Under the pieces are notes generated by a model. It did no database searches, was not told where the DNA came from, and saw nothing but the letters and a program-made list of their open reading frames with translations. A DNA stretch of 62,908 bases from an uncultured bacterium (GTDB lineage: Bacteria > Patescibacteriota > Minisyncoccia > Phycocordibacterales > UBA2100), in the NCBI GenBank assembly GCA_903854215.1, contig CAINVT010000035.1:1-62908 (forward strand), in the 5' to 3' direction. Shown piece after piece: positions 28,256-37,955 of the stretch; within the stretch, counting starts at the first letter, position 1; the number at the start of each line of letters is the position of its first letter. The position numbers and the translations under genes are program-made.

Positions 28256-29302
28256 ATGGAAATACGCAAAAAGAACATTTTAAACCTGATAAAATATCAT
28301 GCCGATAAGAATGAGAACGGCTTCAAGAATGAAGCTTATGACATAGCTAGATACTTTGACTCTATTGGAGACCTAGAGTTGGCTCAATATATTATGGCCT
28401 TGTTATCAGGCACCAACACCTTTGTCCCACAGGATAATGAATACAATTTCCCATTTTTCACAAAAGTAAATTTGACGAATGAAAGCACTCTGCCGCTTCC
28501 AACCCTGATAAAAAATGACATTGTTGGCGTTATAAATTCAATCGGTCACAAAGTTGGAGTTAACAAGTTTTTGTTTGAAGGTGATCCTGGAACAGGTAAA
28601 ACTGAAACCGCAAAGCAGATTGCGCGTATTCTTGATCGTGAACTGTATGTAATAGATTTTGACGCTCTTATTGATAGCAAGCTTGGACAGACTTCCAAAA
28701 ATCTGGCCTCAGTTTTTGAAGAGTTAGGGCATTTGCCACAACCTGAGAAGGTCATAATTTTATTTGACGAAATAGATGCAATTGCTCTTGATAGAATAAA
28801 TTCAAACGATTTGCGTGAAATGGGCCGTGTGACCTCGTCAATGCTAAAGGGACTTGATGGACTCAGTGATAACGTCGTCCTCATTGCTACTACTAATCTC
28901 TTTAGACAGTTTGATAAGGCATTACTTAGGCGCTTCGACTCAATTGTGAACTTCAGTCGATACAGCAGGGACGAGTTGATTGAGGTGGCGGAGTCCATAT
29001 TAAATAACTTCCTGCCTAAGTTTAAGTTTGCCGGACGTAACATGAGGCTTTTTAGAAAGATACTCTTAACGGCGGATCACATTCCTTATCCTGGTGATCT
29101 TAAAAATCTAATTAAAACATCACTTGCATTCAGTGATCCAAACAGCGAGTACGATTATCTAAAAAAACTATATGAATCGATAGATGCAAAAAATGACACC
29201 GCAGATCTAAAGACTTTACAAAACAAGGGATTTACGGTGAGGGATATAGAGGTATTAACGGGTGTTTCCAAAAGTCAGGTCTCAAGGGAATTGAGTGCAT
29301 AA
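28256..29302 (+). CDS. ietA: AAA+ ATPase (classical AAA clade) with C-terminal HTH-like tail; IetA-like
   Basis: Walker A GDPGTGKT, Walker B IILFDEID, sensor-1 ATTN, Arg finger LLRRFD. C-terminus is GFTVRDIEVLTGVSKSQVSRELSA. Coupled to the downstream S8 protease. Confidence 0.75.
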   Translation: MEIRKKNILNLIKYHADKNENGFKNEAYDIARYFDSIGDLELAQYIMALLSGTNTFVPQDNEYNFPFFTKVNLTNESTLPLPTLIKNDIVGVINSIGHKVGVNKFLFEGDPGTGKTETAKQIARILDRELYVIDFDALIDSKLGQTSKNLASVFEELGHLPQPEKVIILFDEIDAIALDRINSNDLREMGRVTSSMLKGLDGLSDNVVLIATTNLFRQFDKALLRRFDSIVNFSRYSRDELIEVAESILNNFLPKFKFAGRNMRLFRKILLTADHIPYPGDLKNLIKTSLAFSDPNSEYDYLKKLYESIDAKNDTADLKTLQNKGFTVRDIEVLTGVSKSQVSRELSA

Positions 29303-31547
29303 AGTCATGAACGATATTCTTCAGCTAAAAGGCACTCTTCGAGAACGTGCGCATACCAACCCGCCAGGTCCTCGAAATGTGCCTAAAAATGCTGCCGCGA
29401 TTACATCAAACAAACTCAAGTCCTTAGCCGAGGAACTTCAGAGACTCGCCACGTATTGGGCAGGACAAACTCTTATTGAAGGATGTTTGATTGATGTTTA
29501 TTACATCGATGTCATAGCCAAGAGTAACAGAATACAGGGTTTCTTTTCTGACAGTGGATCTACAAATGGTTCCGTTGTTGGCGCGAGGTTTGTTAATGAG
29601 AAAAAAATAAAACATGTTATTACACACTATGTCAGAATCGATACCGTTAAGGATGCGGTCGGAAAGCTTAACGCATGCGTCAGTCTACTAGACGAAGAGT
29701 TTGGCGGAGCAATAACTTACGATTCAATTGAGAATCTGGGAGCTAGAAATATAAAGTTCGAGAAATATGGTATTGCTAAGACAACCTTCCAAAATATTAT
29801 TGTCGACTCTCACTATATAGAAGGCTTTAAAATCCCGGATAACAGTGCGAACACCAAGAGTCAGTCCATAATTACCGTATATAGAACGAGCACAAACCTG
29901 ACGGAATTGATGAAGGCTATCGGAATAAATGTTCAGCCAGGCAATGTGTTAAGTGATACCACGCTGCTGCTGTATCCAAATCAAATCACACTCTTATCAG
30001 AAAAAGCACCTTATCTGATAGCGATGGCAACTGAGGATTTGTCCAAATTAAGTCATGAAGATGTTGTTGGTAATGCCGGGAGTCCACCCAAAATAACAAT
30101 AGATTCTCCAAATGGCGAGCCAATCGTGGGCGTTATCGATACGTTATTTGATAAATCAGTTTATTTCTCCAAGTGGGTTGATTACAGAAAGATGATCAGT
30201 GAGGAAATACCCACGGACGCAGAAGACTACGATCATGGAACTGCGGTAAGCTCAATTATCGTTGATGGCCCGTCTATTAACCCGGAGCTAGACGATGGGT
30301 GCGGAAGGTTTAGGGTAAGACATTTTGGTGTTGCTGCCAAAGGGCGATACAGCGCATTCTCGATTGTGAAGGCAATAAGAGAAATTGTTACATCAAATCC
30401 AGACATAAAAGTGTGGAATTTATCTTTAGGTTCAGATAGGGAAATTAACCCTAATTTTATCTCGCCAGAGGCGGCGGCCTTGGATAAAATCCAGTACGAA
30501 AATGACGTCATTTTCGTAATAGCAGGCACAAATAAGAGTGTGGCTGAAGCTGGGGTTGAGAAAATGATTGGTTCTCCAGCCGATTCGATCAATGCTATTG
30601 TTGTTAACTCCGTAAACGGCGCAGGAACCCCAGCGTCTTACTCTAGAAAAGGATTAGTCTTGTCGTTCTTCAATAAACCAGACGTTAGTAGCTATGGTGG
30701 CGACACAGGTAACTATATTCGTGTATGCACTCCAACAGGCGAAGGGTTTCGCAGTGGCACTTCAGTCGCCGCACCGTGGGTTACTCGAAAAGTTGCATAT
30801 CTGATAGAAGTACTTGGTCTTAGTCGTGAAGTCGCAAAGGCGCTGATCGTAGATGCTGCCGCTGGATGGAACAGTGCAGGAAAAGACGAAAAAATCGCAC
30901 CCTTTGTAGGTCATGGAGTGGTTCCTAAAAGGATTGAGGATATAGTAAGGTCCGGCGACGATGAAATAAAATTCGTGGTGAGCGGAGTATCAGAGAAATG
31001 GGATACATATACGTACAATCTTCCGATTCCGACACATAAAGAAAAACATCCCTTCGTTGCAAAAGCCACACTGTGCTATTTTCCTAGTTGCTCAATCAAT
31101 CAAGGTGTCGATTATACGAACACAGAGTTAGATATATATTTTGGCCGAGTTAAAGATGATGAAATTATATCCATCAATAAGAATACCCAGAGTGTTGATG
31201 ACGGTGAGAAACATTATCTATACGAGGGGAGCGCTAGGAAATTGTATCGAAAGTGGGACAATACAAAGCACATAGAAGAACTCCTCACGGGTAGAGTTCG
31301 TCCGCGAAGTGTTTACGGGAGTGGTATGTGGGGCTTAAGCATTAAAGCAAAAGAGAGGTTGAGCAAACGTAGCGGCGGTATTAGTTTTGGCCTCGTAGTA
31401 ACTTTGAAAGAAATCAATGGGGTTAACAGGATTGATGACTTTATCCGCCAATGTGAGCTGCGTGGTTGGTTGGTGAATCGGGTCGATGTTGACAATAGGG
31501 TCGAAATTTTCAACAAAGCTCAGCAAAGTATTACATTCAGCGTGTAA
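29295..31547 (+). CDS. ietS: Cytoplasmic S8 (subtilisin-family) serine peptidase with large N- and C-terminal extensions; IetS-like
   Basis: Catalytic D (VGVIDTLFD), H (DHGTAVSSII) and S (SGTSVAAPWV). No signal peptide. GTG at 29295 overlaps the ATPase stop by 8 nt; the alternative ATG at 29307 lies 4 nt after it. Confidence 0.8.
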   Translation: MHKVMNDILQLKGTLRERAHTNPPGPRNVPKNAAAITSNKLKSLAEELQRLATYWAGQTLIEGCLIDVYYIDVIAKSNRIQGFFSDSGSTNGSVVGARFVNEKKIKHVITHYVRIDTVKDAVGKLNACVSLLDEEFGGAITYDSIENLGARNIKFEKYGIAKTTFQNIIVDSHYIEGFKIPDNSANTKSQSIITVYRTSTNLTELMKAIGINVQPGNVLSDTTLLLYPNQITLLSEKAPYLIAMATEDLSKLSHEDVVGNAGSPPKITIDSPNGEPIVGVIDTLFDKSVYFSKWVDYRKMISEEIPTDAEDYDHGTAVSSIIVDGPSINPELDDGCGRFRVRHFGVAAKGRYSAFSIVKAIREIVTSNPDIKVWNLSLGSDREINPNFISPEAAALDKIQYENDVIFVIAGTNKSVAEAGVEKMIGSPADSINAIVVNSVNGAGTPASYSRKGLVLSFFNKPDVSSYGGDTGNYIRVCTPTGEGFRSGTSVAAPWVTRKVAYLIEVLGLSREVAKALIVDAAAGWNSAGKDEKIAPFVGHGVVPKRIEDIVRSGDDEIKFVVSGVSEKWDTYTYNLPIPTHKEKHPFVAKATLCYFPSCSINQGVDYTNTELDIYFGRVKDDEIISINKNTQSVDDGEKHYLYEGSARKLYRKWDNTKHIEELLTGRVRPRSVYGSGMWGLSIKAKERLSKRSGGISFGLVVTLKEINGVNRIDDFIRQCELRGWLVNRVDVDNRVEIFNKAQQSITFSV

Positions 31548-31608
31548 ATCATCTAAGTCGATCGTAGAATGGTTTGCTTCTAACCTTTCCGTAAGCCATC
31601 TTTGAACT

Positions 31609-32568
31609 ATGGATCCTGAACGACAAGCAGCTATTTATGGTTTTACAACTTATAAAAATTACCTGTCAGGCCTATCCCATCTGATAGATCTGCTGCATCC
31701 CAGCTATCAATCAATAACCACTTCTTTAAAAGAGATTGAAGTCCGTCCTGGCATTGATGTTAGCAAAATTCGGAAACTGTTATTTAATAGTTGGAACTCG
31801 GAAGCCCTTCTCAATCTACCAAAGTTTCTCGATGAGGACTTTATAAAATTTTCGAATCATTGGTCGCCGGTCCAAAGTTACTATGCTCAATATCTCGCGA
31901 CCAGAGCCTTAATTGTTGGGCGGGCAATGGACGCTGGAGGAACTCATGAGACAACATTAAATATTTGCGCTCACAACTTCACCGATCAAAAAATCTTCCC
32001 TGAACCTTGGAATTACATATGTGGTACGGGGCCGAGCTATAAAAATTTACCTGATGATCTAGTGGAATCAGATATCAACTCCCAGGAAAATCCCTATTTC
32101 TTTAGAAGGGAACGCGATAAATTGGTTTGTAACTATCGTCAGTTTCTTAAGACCACTAGGGAGCGGATGGTTGAAGAAAAAGCCGATGAATGGAAGTCAA
32201 GAAATCCTACCACTGCAGGCGTGCGAACACGTCTGCCGGGAGGAAAGAGGGCTGAGATTGACTCGTCGACAAGACGGGTATCTTTTCTAGATTGCTTTTA
32301 CCGATTAAGAACGCGTTCCAATTACAAAGACGTTGATATTTTTATCTTGGGTTCGAATGCTCAGGATTCTGTGAGTTACCTCAACGCTCTCTGCAACATA
32401 ACAGATAAGACTTTGTTTGTACTAGAATCTCATATAGCACGGTCAATTGGATTAGAAGATATGAAAAACTTAGTTCAACAATATAAATTGGCCACCAACA
32501 TTGATTTTGTGGCAAAGGGTACTGCGGGTATTGCAAAGAGGATTGACCTTATGTGGAAACTGAAATAG
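31609..32568 (+). CDS. Hypothetical 319-aa protein, possibly HEPN-like helical fold
   Basis: Own TAGAAT box at 31576-31581. The segments SYYAQYLATRALIVGRAMDAGGTHETTL and FYRLRTRSNYKDVD loosely resemble classic HEPN helices (QA.EKALKA...TH.L and LR..RN.A.Y). Confidence 0.55.
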   Translation: MDPERQAAIYGFTTYKNYLSGLSHLIDLLHPSYQSITTSLKEIEVRPGIDVSKIRKLLFNSWNSEALLNLPKFLDEDFIKFSNHWSPVQSYYAQYLATRALIVGRAMDAGGTHETTLNICAHNFTDQKIFPEPWNYICGTGPSYKNLPDDLVESDINSQENPYFFRRERDKLVCNYRQFLKTTRERMVEEKADEWKSRNPTTAGVRTRLPGGKRAEIDSSTRRVSFLDCFYRLRTRSNYKDVDIFILGSNAQDSVSYLNALCNITDKTLFVLESHIARSIGLEDMKNLVQQYKLATNIDFVAKGTAGIAKRIDLMWKLK

Positions 32569-32597
32569 TAGTGCTCCGTACACATTGAGAGGGACAT

Positions 32598-33932
32598 CTA
32601 TTTTGCATCGAGTACGATTTTCTTGTCCTTCAGGAACAGCTTGCTTTGGAGACATCCGAGCAACTCGCGCTTCTCTATAATCGTCCCTTCCCTCAGTAAG
32701 TACTTGGTGTAATTTCGTACATCCACATCGACGGATATTTTCTCCTGTTTGTGACCCAGCACTCCCGAGCGAAATTTGTTGAATCGAGCAATCTCATCCT
32801 CAATTCGAGCTCGTATCCCGATCTCATCTAGGTCGACGGTATCCATGAGCCCGATCAATTCCTCGATCAGACTTGGCTCGTTGATGGGGGAGTTCTTGCA
32901 GTCGATATTCCTCGCCTTTGTGCAGAAGTAGTACACATGCCGATTCACACCGCCATTCGCCAGCTTCTTGAACTTCTCGTCGGCCGATATGCCAGATCCG
33001 CAATGGCCGCACCGAATGAGTTTCGTGAACGCGAATTCCTTGCTCTCGGTCTTCGGAATGAAGTTCTCATTCAGTGCCATCTGCACCTTTTCGAATAGTG
33101 CCTTGTCGATAATGGGCGTGTGCTTGCCGGTATACCACTGGCCACCCCCGACAGGGTATTCAAATTCACCGTAGTAGAAGCTGTTTCTAAGAATCAAATA
33201 CACATTCGCCAGCACGAGTGGCTTCCCGCCGTGCGTCTTGAAGTCGGTCTCTCGAAGCCATCGATATAACCTGCGCCCGCTCCATTGCTCGCTCGCAACT
33301 TTCTCGAACATCTGCTTGATAACAGGTGCGCGTTTCGGATCGATCCGACACTGACACTTCTTGTCGATATGCTTCTCATTAAGGTAACCAGTGGGCGCTT
33401 GGCCCGGTCTCCACCCCATCTCGCATCGCGCCCGTAGACCACGCTTCACATTGACTGCCTTGTTGTCGTTCTCAAGTTTTGCCTGTGATCCGAGGATCAT
33501 CAGTAAGAACTTCTCACTGGGGTTATTGGTAAATCGTTGGCCATAGGTCCGAATTTCGATGAGGAGCTTCTGGTCCATGAGGTCTACTATTGATCCCAAG
33601 TCCCCGGCATTACGTGAGAGGCGATCCGGTGCCCACGTCAGGATCCCGTTGTACTTGCCCGCACGCACCTCAGCAAGCATCTCGTTATATACGGGCCGCT
33701 GACCCACTTCCTTCGACGAATGCGACTCTCGCTTGATCTCGACCACATTCAGGCCCTCGCGCTCAGCTAGGGCCAGCATCTCCTTCACCTGCGATTCTAT
33801 CGACAAAGCCTGCCGATCCTCGGCCTCAGTCGATTTTCTTGAATAAAGGCAGTATTTGGTTGTGAGCGGTTGCGCTTGGAGTGCCTGCCTCCTAATGCCC
33901 TCCAAACCCGCTCTAATCAGTGTATTTTCCAT
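32598..33932 (-). CDS. Large serine recombinase (resolvase/invertase catalytic domain + recombinase domain + Zn ribbon)
   Basis: Catalytic-Ser context YCLYSRKSTEAEDRQALSIESQ, then DRLSRN. Recombinase domain and Zn ribbon (CGHCGSG...YYFC). 444 aa. Confidence 0.88.
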   Translation of the reverse strand: MENTLIRAGLEGIRRQALQAQPLTTKYCLYSRKSTEAEDRQALSIESQVKEMLALAEREGLNVVEIKRESHSSKEVGQRPVYNEMLAEVRAGKYNGILTWAPDRLSRNAGDLGSIVDLMDQKLLIEIRTYGQRFTNNPSEKFLLMILGSQAKLENDNKAVNVKRGLRARCEMGWRPGQAPTGYLNEKHIDKKCQCRIDPKRAPVIKQMFEKVASEQWSGRRLYRWLRETDFKTHGGKPLVLANVYLILRNSFYYGEFEYPVGGGQWYTGKHTPIIDKALFEKVQMALNENFIPKTESKEFAFTKLIRCGHCGSGISADEKFKKLANGGVNRHVYYFCTKARNIDCKNSPINEPSLIEELIGLMDTVDLDEIGIRARIEDEIARFNKFRSGVLGHKQEKISVDVDVRNYTKYLLREGTIIEKRELLGCLQSKLFLKDKKIVLDAK

Positions 33933-34045
33933 ACAGTTACAAGGGATGACAGAATGGGTACTAGGAGTCTAGGATGCTCGGAATTGGTAAGTTGGTTCTA
34001 TTTACGAAGGCAAAGTCAGGAACCGAATTTCCATAAAATGAAGAT

Positions 34046-37000
34046 TTGTGGGATAATTTTTTTGTGATAAAAAACTTCAACAACAAAACCGAAAAGGCCG
34101 GTGACGAGCTCAAAAAGGACATAAGGCCCGGGAGCAGGGTCAATGTTGCTGCGGCAATTTTCTCCATATATGGCTACGAAAGCCTGAAAAATGAACTGAA
34201 GAATATTGATGGACTACGCTTTATATTCACGGACCCAACCTTCGTCGAAATGGACAAAGCAAGTCGCGAACAACGCTTATTTGAAATTCATGCCAATGAT
34301 CGCAAGAAGGCCATTAATGGCTCTGATTTTGAAATCAACCTAAAGAATGAACTGAAGGGAAGAGCGATCGCAAAGGAGTGCAGGAAGTGGATCGAAGAAA
34401 AAGTGACCATCAAAACCAACACGAGCAAACGATACATTCAGCCGCAACTTATCGTCGACAATGATACCGAAAAGATCCTCTACAACGGGATGGATGAATT
34501 CAGTAGTGCGGGATTCGGCTATGAGAGCGACAACGCAATCTTACGCAACATCATAAAGACAGATGACTATGAAATGACGAAGCAGTTTATAAAGAATTTT
34601 GATGACGTGTGGAACGACGAAGGCGCTCTCAAGGACGTCACAAAAGAAGTGACTGATTACATAGCTAATTTATACAAGGAAAATTCGCCGGAATTCATTT
34701 ACTATCTCACTTTGTACAACATTTTCGATGAGTTTCTCGAGGATATTACCGAAGACGAGCTGCCAAACGAGAGGACAGGATACCGGGATTCGCTTATCTG
34801 GAACAAAATGTATTCGTTTCAGAAAGACGCTGTGCTGGGGATCATTAATAAGCTCGAGCGATACAACGGCTGTATCCTTGCTGACAGTGTCGGGCTAGGA
34901 AAGACTTTTACTGCCCTTGGAGTAATCAAGTACTACCAAGAGAGAAACAAAAGCATCTTGGTTCTATGTCCCAAAAAACTCAGCGACAACTGGCAAACCT
35001 TTCTTGCAAATTACGAGGACAACCACCTCTATAAGGATCGTTTTAATTACGATGTGCTCTATCATACGGACCTTTCACGCGAGAAGGGGTTTTCGTCCAA
35101 CAATATAGACCTTTCGCGGGTAAACTGGGGAAATTACGATCTGGTCGTTATCGACGAGTCGCACAACTTTCGCAACAACGACCCGCACAAAGACAGAGTG
35201 ACTCGCTACCAAAGGCTACTCAACGACGTGATGCGTGCGGGCGTAAAGACAAAAGTGCTGATGCTTTCGGCGACACCAGTCAACAACAGGTTCATGGATC
35301 TTAGGAACCAGATTGCCCTTGCATACGAGGGGCATACAAACGAGATAGACGTGAAGATCGATGAGAAGAGGTCCATCGATGCCATTCTCACTAATGCCCA
35401 GAAGACGTTCAACGACTGGTCAAAGCTGTCAATTGAAGAAAGAACACCGGAGGTGCTTCTCGCACGTCTCAGTGCAAACTTTGATTTTTTCAAACTCCTC
35501 GACAGTGTGACTATCGCACGCAGCAGGAGACATATTGAGAAGTATTACGACATGAGCGAAATTGGAAAGTTTCCGAATCGCCTCAAGCCAATTACGCATC
35601 GCCCCAATATCACGAGTCTCCCTGGATTCATGGAGATGAAGGATCTGTACGAGCGCCTGGTGAGGCTAAATATGTCCGTGTATTCTCCCTTTGAGTATCT
35701 CTTGGCAGATAAACGAGATTTCTATAGCGAATTGTACGACAAAGAGATAAGTGAAAACCTTGGGCAAGTTCACCGAGAAAAAGGCATCCAGAAGCTCATG
35801 CGGGTCAACCTACTCAAGCGACTGGAAAGCTCCGTGGATTCCTTCCGTATCACACTAGGGAAGTTTGTAGCGAGTGTTGATGGGACGATACGTGCAATAG
35901 AAGAGTTTGAAAGGAATGGCGGATTAGGAGAGACCGAAGCAACTCAGATCAATGACGATGACATAGACGTCGATGACGATGAATGGGAGGAGGGTGAGTT
36001 CAGTATTGGAAACAAGGTAAAGGTCAATCTCGCTGATATGAACACCTCGGGCTGGAAAGAAGACCTGCTCGCTGACCTTCTCGTAGCAAAAGACATACTG
36101 AAAGAGATGGAACGAGTGACGCCCGAGCATGACCAAAAGCTTCAAGACCTCAAACAATTCATCAAGAATAAAATCGAGAACCCAGTAAACATAGGGAACA
36201 AGAAGGTCCTCGTCTTTACTGCGTTTGCCGATACTGCGAATTATCTCTACAAAAATCTGATTGCATACACCAAAGAAGAACTCGGACTCGAGACTGCCAA
36301 GATCACCGGTACGGGGAGCAACGAATGCACGCTCGATATCGATAAGCAGTTCAACAACCTCCTCATCCACTTCTCGCCTATCGCGAAGGAACACAGTCTC
36401 AAACATGCAGGGGAGAAGGAAATAGATGTACTTGTGGCGACCGATTGTATTTCCGAGGGACAGAATCTTCAAGACTGCGATACCCTCATCAACTACGATA
36501 TCCACTGGAATCCGGTCCGTATCATCCAGCGCTTTGGCCGCATTGATCGTATCGGGTCGAAGAATACCGATATCCAGCTCATCAACTTCTGGCCACAGCT
36601 ATCACTCGACGACTACATCAACCTCAAGAATAGAGTAGAGAGCAAGATGTTCATGGTCGATGCTACGGCGACCGGTGAGGATAACGTGCTCACCAACAAG
36701 TCCTCCGACCTCCTCTTCCGCAAGCAGCAGCTCGAGAAGCTTCAGGACGAGGTCGTCGATATCGAGGAAATGGGGTCGGGCATCTCTATCACCGATCTTG
36801 GGCTGAATGATTTCCGGATGGACTTAGTCAATTACATCAAGGAAAAAGGGAGTCTCGATGGAGTACCTAACGGCATGCACGCAGTCTGCAAGAAGAATTC
36901 AGAGCTCGGCATCGAAGAAGGGGTTATCTTCGTACTCAAGAACATCAATAACGAAGTGAATATCGACAATACCAACCAGCTCCATCCGTTTTATCTCGTA

Positions 37001-37315
37001 TATATCAAGGACAATGGCGAAGTGCTCTCCAACCATCTGAATGTAAAAAATACACTTGATATCGTCCGCTCGATATCGCGCGGGGTAAGTGAGCCGATTG
37101 CAGAGGTGTTCACTCAATTCAACAACGAGACTGATGACGGAAAGAATATGAGCAAATATTCCGAGCTTCTCGGCTCCTCAATCCAATCGATCCTCAATGT
37201 GAAGGATGCAAGTGATGTCGAGAGCCTCTTCAGCAGCGGTGGCACGACCGCACTCCGGAATACAGTAAAGGGGCTGGAGGATTTCGAACTGATCACATTT
37301 ATGGTCATTAAGTAA
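34046..37315 (+). CDS. SNF2-family helicase with an N-terminal degenerate PLD-like domain
   Basis: Motif I ILADSVGLGKT, motif II VVIDESHNFRN, motif III LMLSATPVNN. C-terminal lobe has ATDCISEGQNLQDC...HWNPVRIIQRFGRIDRIGS. N-terminal ~250 aa has a PLD-like layout (VNVAAAIFSIYGYESL) but QPQ where HxK is expected. Confidence 0.85.
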   Translation: MWDNFFVIKNFNNKTEKAGDELKKDIRPGSRVNVAAAIFSIYGYESLKNELKNIDGLRFIFTDPTFVEMDKASREQRLFEIHANDRKKAINGSDFEINLKNELKGRAIAKECRKWIEEKVTIKTNTSKRYIQPQLIVDNDTEKILYNGMDEFSSAGFGYESDNAILRNIIKTDDYEMTKQFIKNFDDVWNDEGALKDVTKEVTDYIANLYKENSPEFIYYLTLYNIFDEFLEDITEDELPNERTGYRDSLIWNKMYSFQKDAVLGIINKLERYNGCILADSVGLGKTFTALGVIKYYQERNKSILVLCPKKLSDNWQTFLANYEDNHLYKDRFNYDVLYHTDLSREKGFSSNNIDLSRVNWGNYDLVVIDESHNFRNNDPHKDRVTRYQRLLNDVMRAGVKTKVLMLSATPVNNRFMDLRNQIALAYEGHTNEIDVKIDEKRSIDAILTNAQKTFNDWSKLSIEERTPEVLLARLSANFDFFKLLDSVTIARSRRHIEKYYDMSEIGKFPNRLKPITHRPNITSLPGFMEMKDLYERLVRLNMSVYSPFEYLLADKRDFYSELYDKEISENLGQVHREKGIQKLMRVNLLKRLESSVDSFRITLGKFVASVDGTIRAIEEFERNGGLGETEATQINDDDIDVDDDEWEEGEFSIGNKVKVNLADMNTSGWKEDLLADLLVAKDILKEMERVTPEHDQKLQDLKQFIKNKIENPVNIGNKKVLVFTAFADTANYLYKNLIAYTKEELGLETAKITGTGSNECTLDIDKQFNNLLIHFSPIAKEHSLKHAGEKEIDVLVATDCISEGQNLQDCDTLINYDIHWNPVRIIQRFGRIDRIGSKNTDIQLINFWPQLSLDDYINLKNRVESKMFMVDATATGEDNVLTNKSSDLLFRKQQLEKLQDEVVDIEEMGSGISITDLGLNDFRMDLVNYIKEKGSLDGVPNGMHAVCKKNSELGIEEGVIFVLKNINNEVNIDNTNQLHPFYLVYIKDNGEVLSNHLNVKNTLDIVRSISRGVSEPIAEVFTQFNNETDDGKNMSKYSELLGSSIQSILNVKDASDVESLFSSGGTTALRNTVKGLEDFELITFMVIK

Positions 37316-37316
37316 T

Positions 37317-37955
37317 ATGGAATTCGTTTTACCTTCACAGGCATTCGTCAATCGCTTCGTCCCCAAGAGCAAGTTCTTTGAAAAAGCGATCGTCAACACC
37401 AAGCTGAAAAAAGAATTTACCGACTCGATTCAGAAGATAACCTGGCTGTACAAATTGGCGGACGAAACAATCGGCATCAAAGGAACTTCCAACGTCGAGG
37501 AGATACAAATCTTCGAGATTCAGCTCAAGGAGCAGATGATCCCGAAAAACGTGCTTCGTGTGATCGACAAGACCATCTCGTACCCGATACTCTATGTGTT
37601 TATACATGATACCCATTTCGCTTACGGAATCACCCTCAAGGGAGATAGCAGTAAAAACTACTACTTTTCGGACTGGGATAGTGACATTTCATTCAACTTT
37701 TCAGGCATTACGCTCGAAAAGGTATATCAGGGTATAATCACACAGTTCATCGATGGCGGTGAGGGCAGAGGCTCGGACTTCGACACACTGGTGGAAACTG
37801 ACAAGAAGCGAAAGCTTCTCGAGACAGAAATATCAGCAATGAAGAACAAGATTGCTAACGAAAAGCAATTTAATCGGAAGGTTGAACTCAATAAAGCATT
37901 ACAAGATAAAAAGAAGGACCTCGAATCCATCATCAAATCACACTTACCGTTATGA
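37317..37955 (+). CDS. DUF4391-like protein
   Basis: 212 aa, starts 1 nt after the SNF2 stop and overlaps mod by 4 nt. The block IQIFEIQLKEQMIPKNVLRVIDKTISYPILYVF matches my recollection of DUF4391 proteins found with SNF2 plus methylase. Confidence 0.6.
   Translation: MEFVLPSQAFVNRFVPKSKFFEKAIVNTKLKKEFTDSIQKITWLYKLADETIGIKGTSNVEEIQIFEIQLKEQMIPKNVLRVIDKTISYPILYVFIHDTHFAYGITLKGDSSKNYYFSDWDSDISFNFSGITLEKVYQGIITQFIDGGEGRGSDFDTLVETDKKRKLLETEISAMKNKIANEKQFNRKVELNKALQDKKKDLESIIKSHLPL

Noticed and set aside
28045-28308. 87-aa ORF spanning the att-like region and the AAA+ start
   Set aside because: It runs through the tRNA-fragment repeats and the promoter of the ATPase gene and has a Cys/Arg-rich composition, so it is judged spurious.
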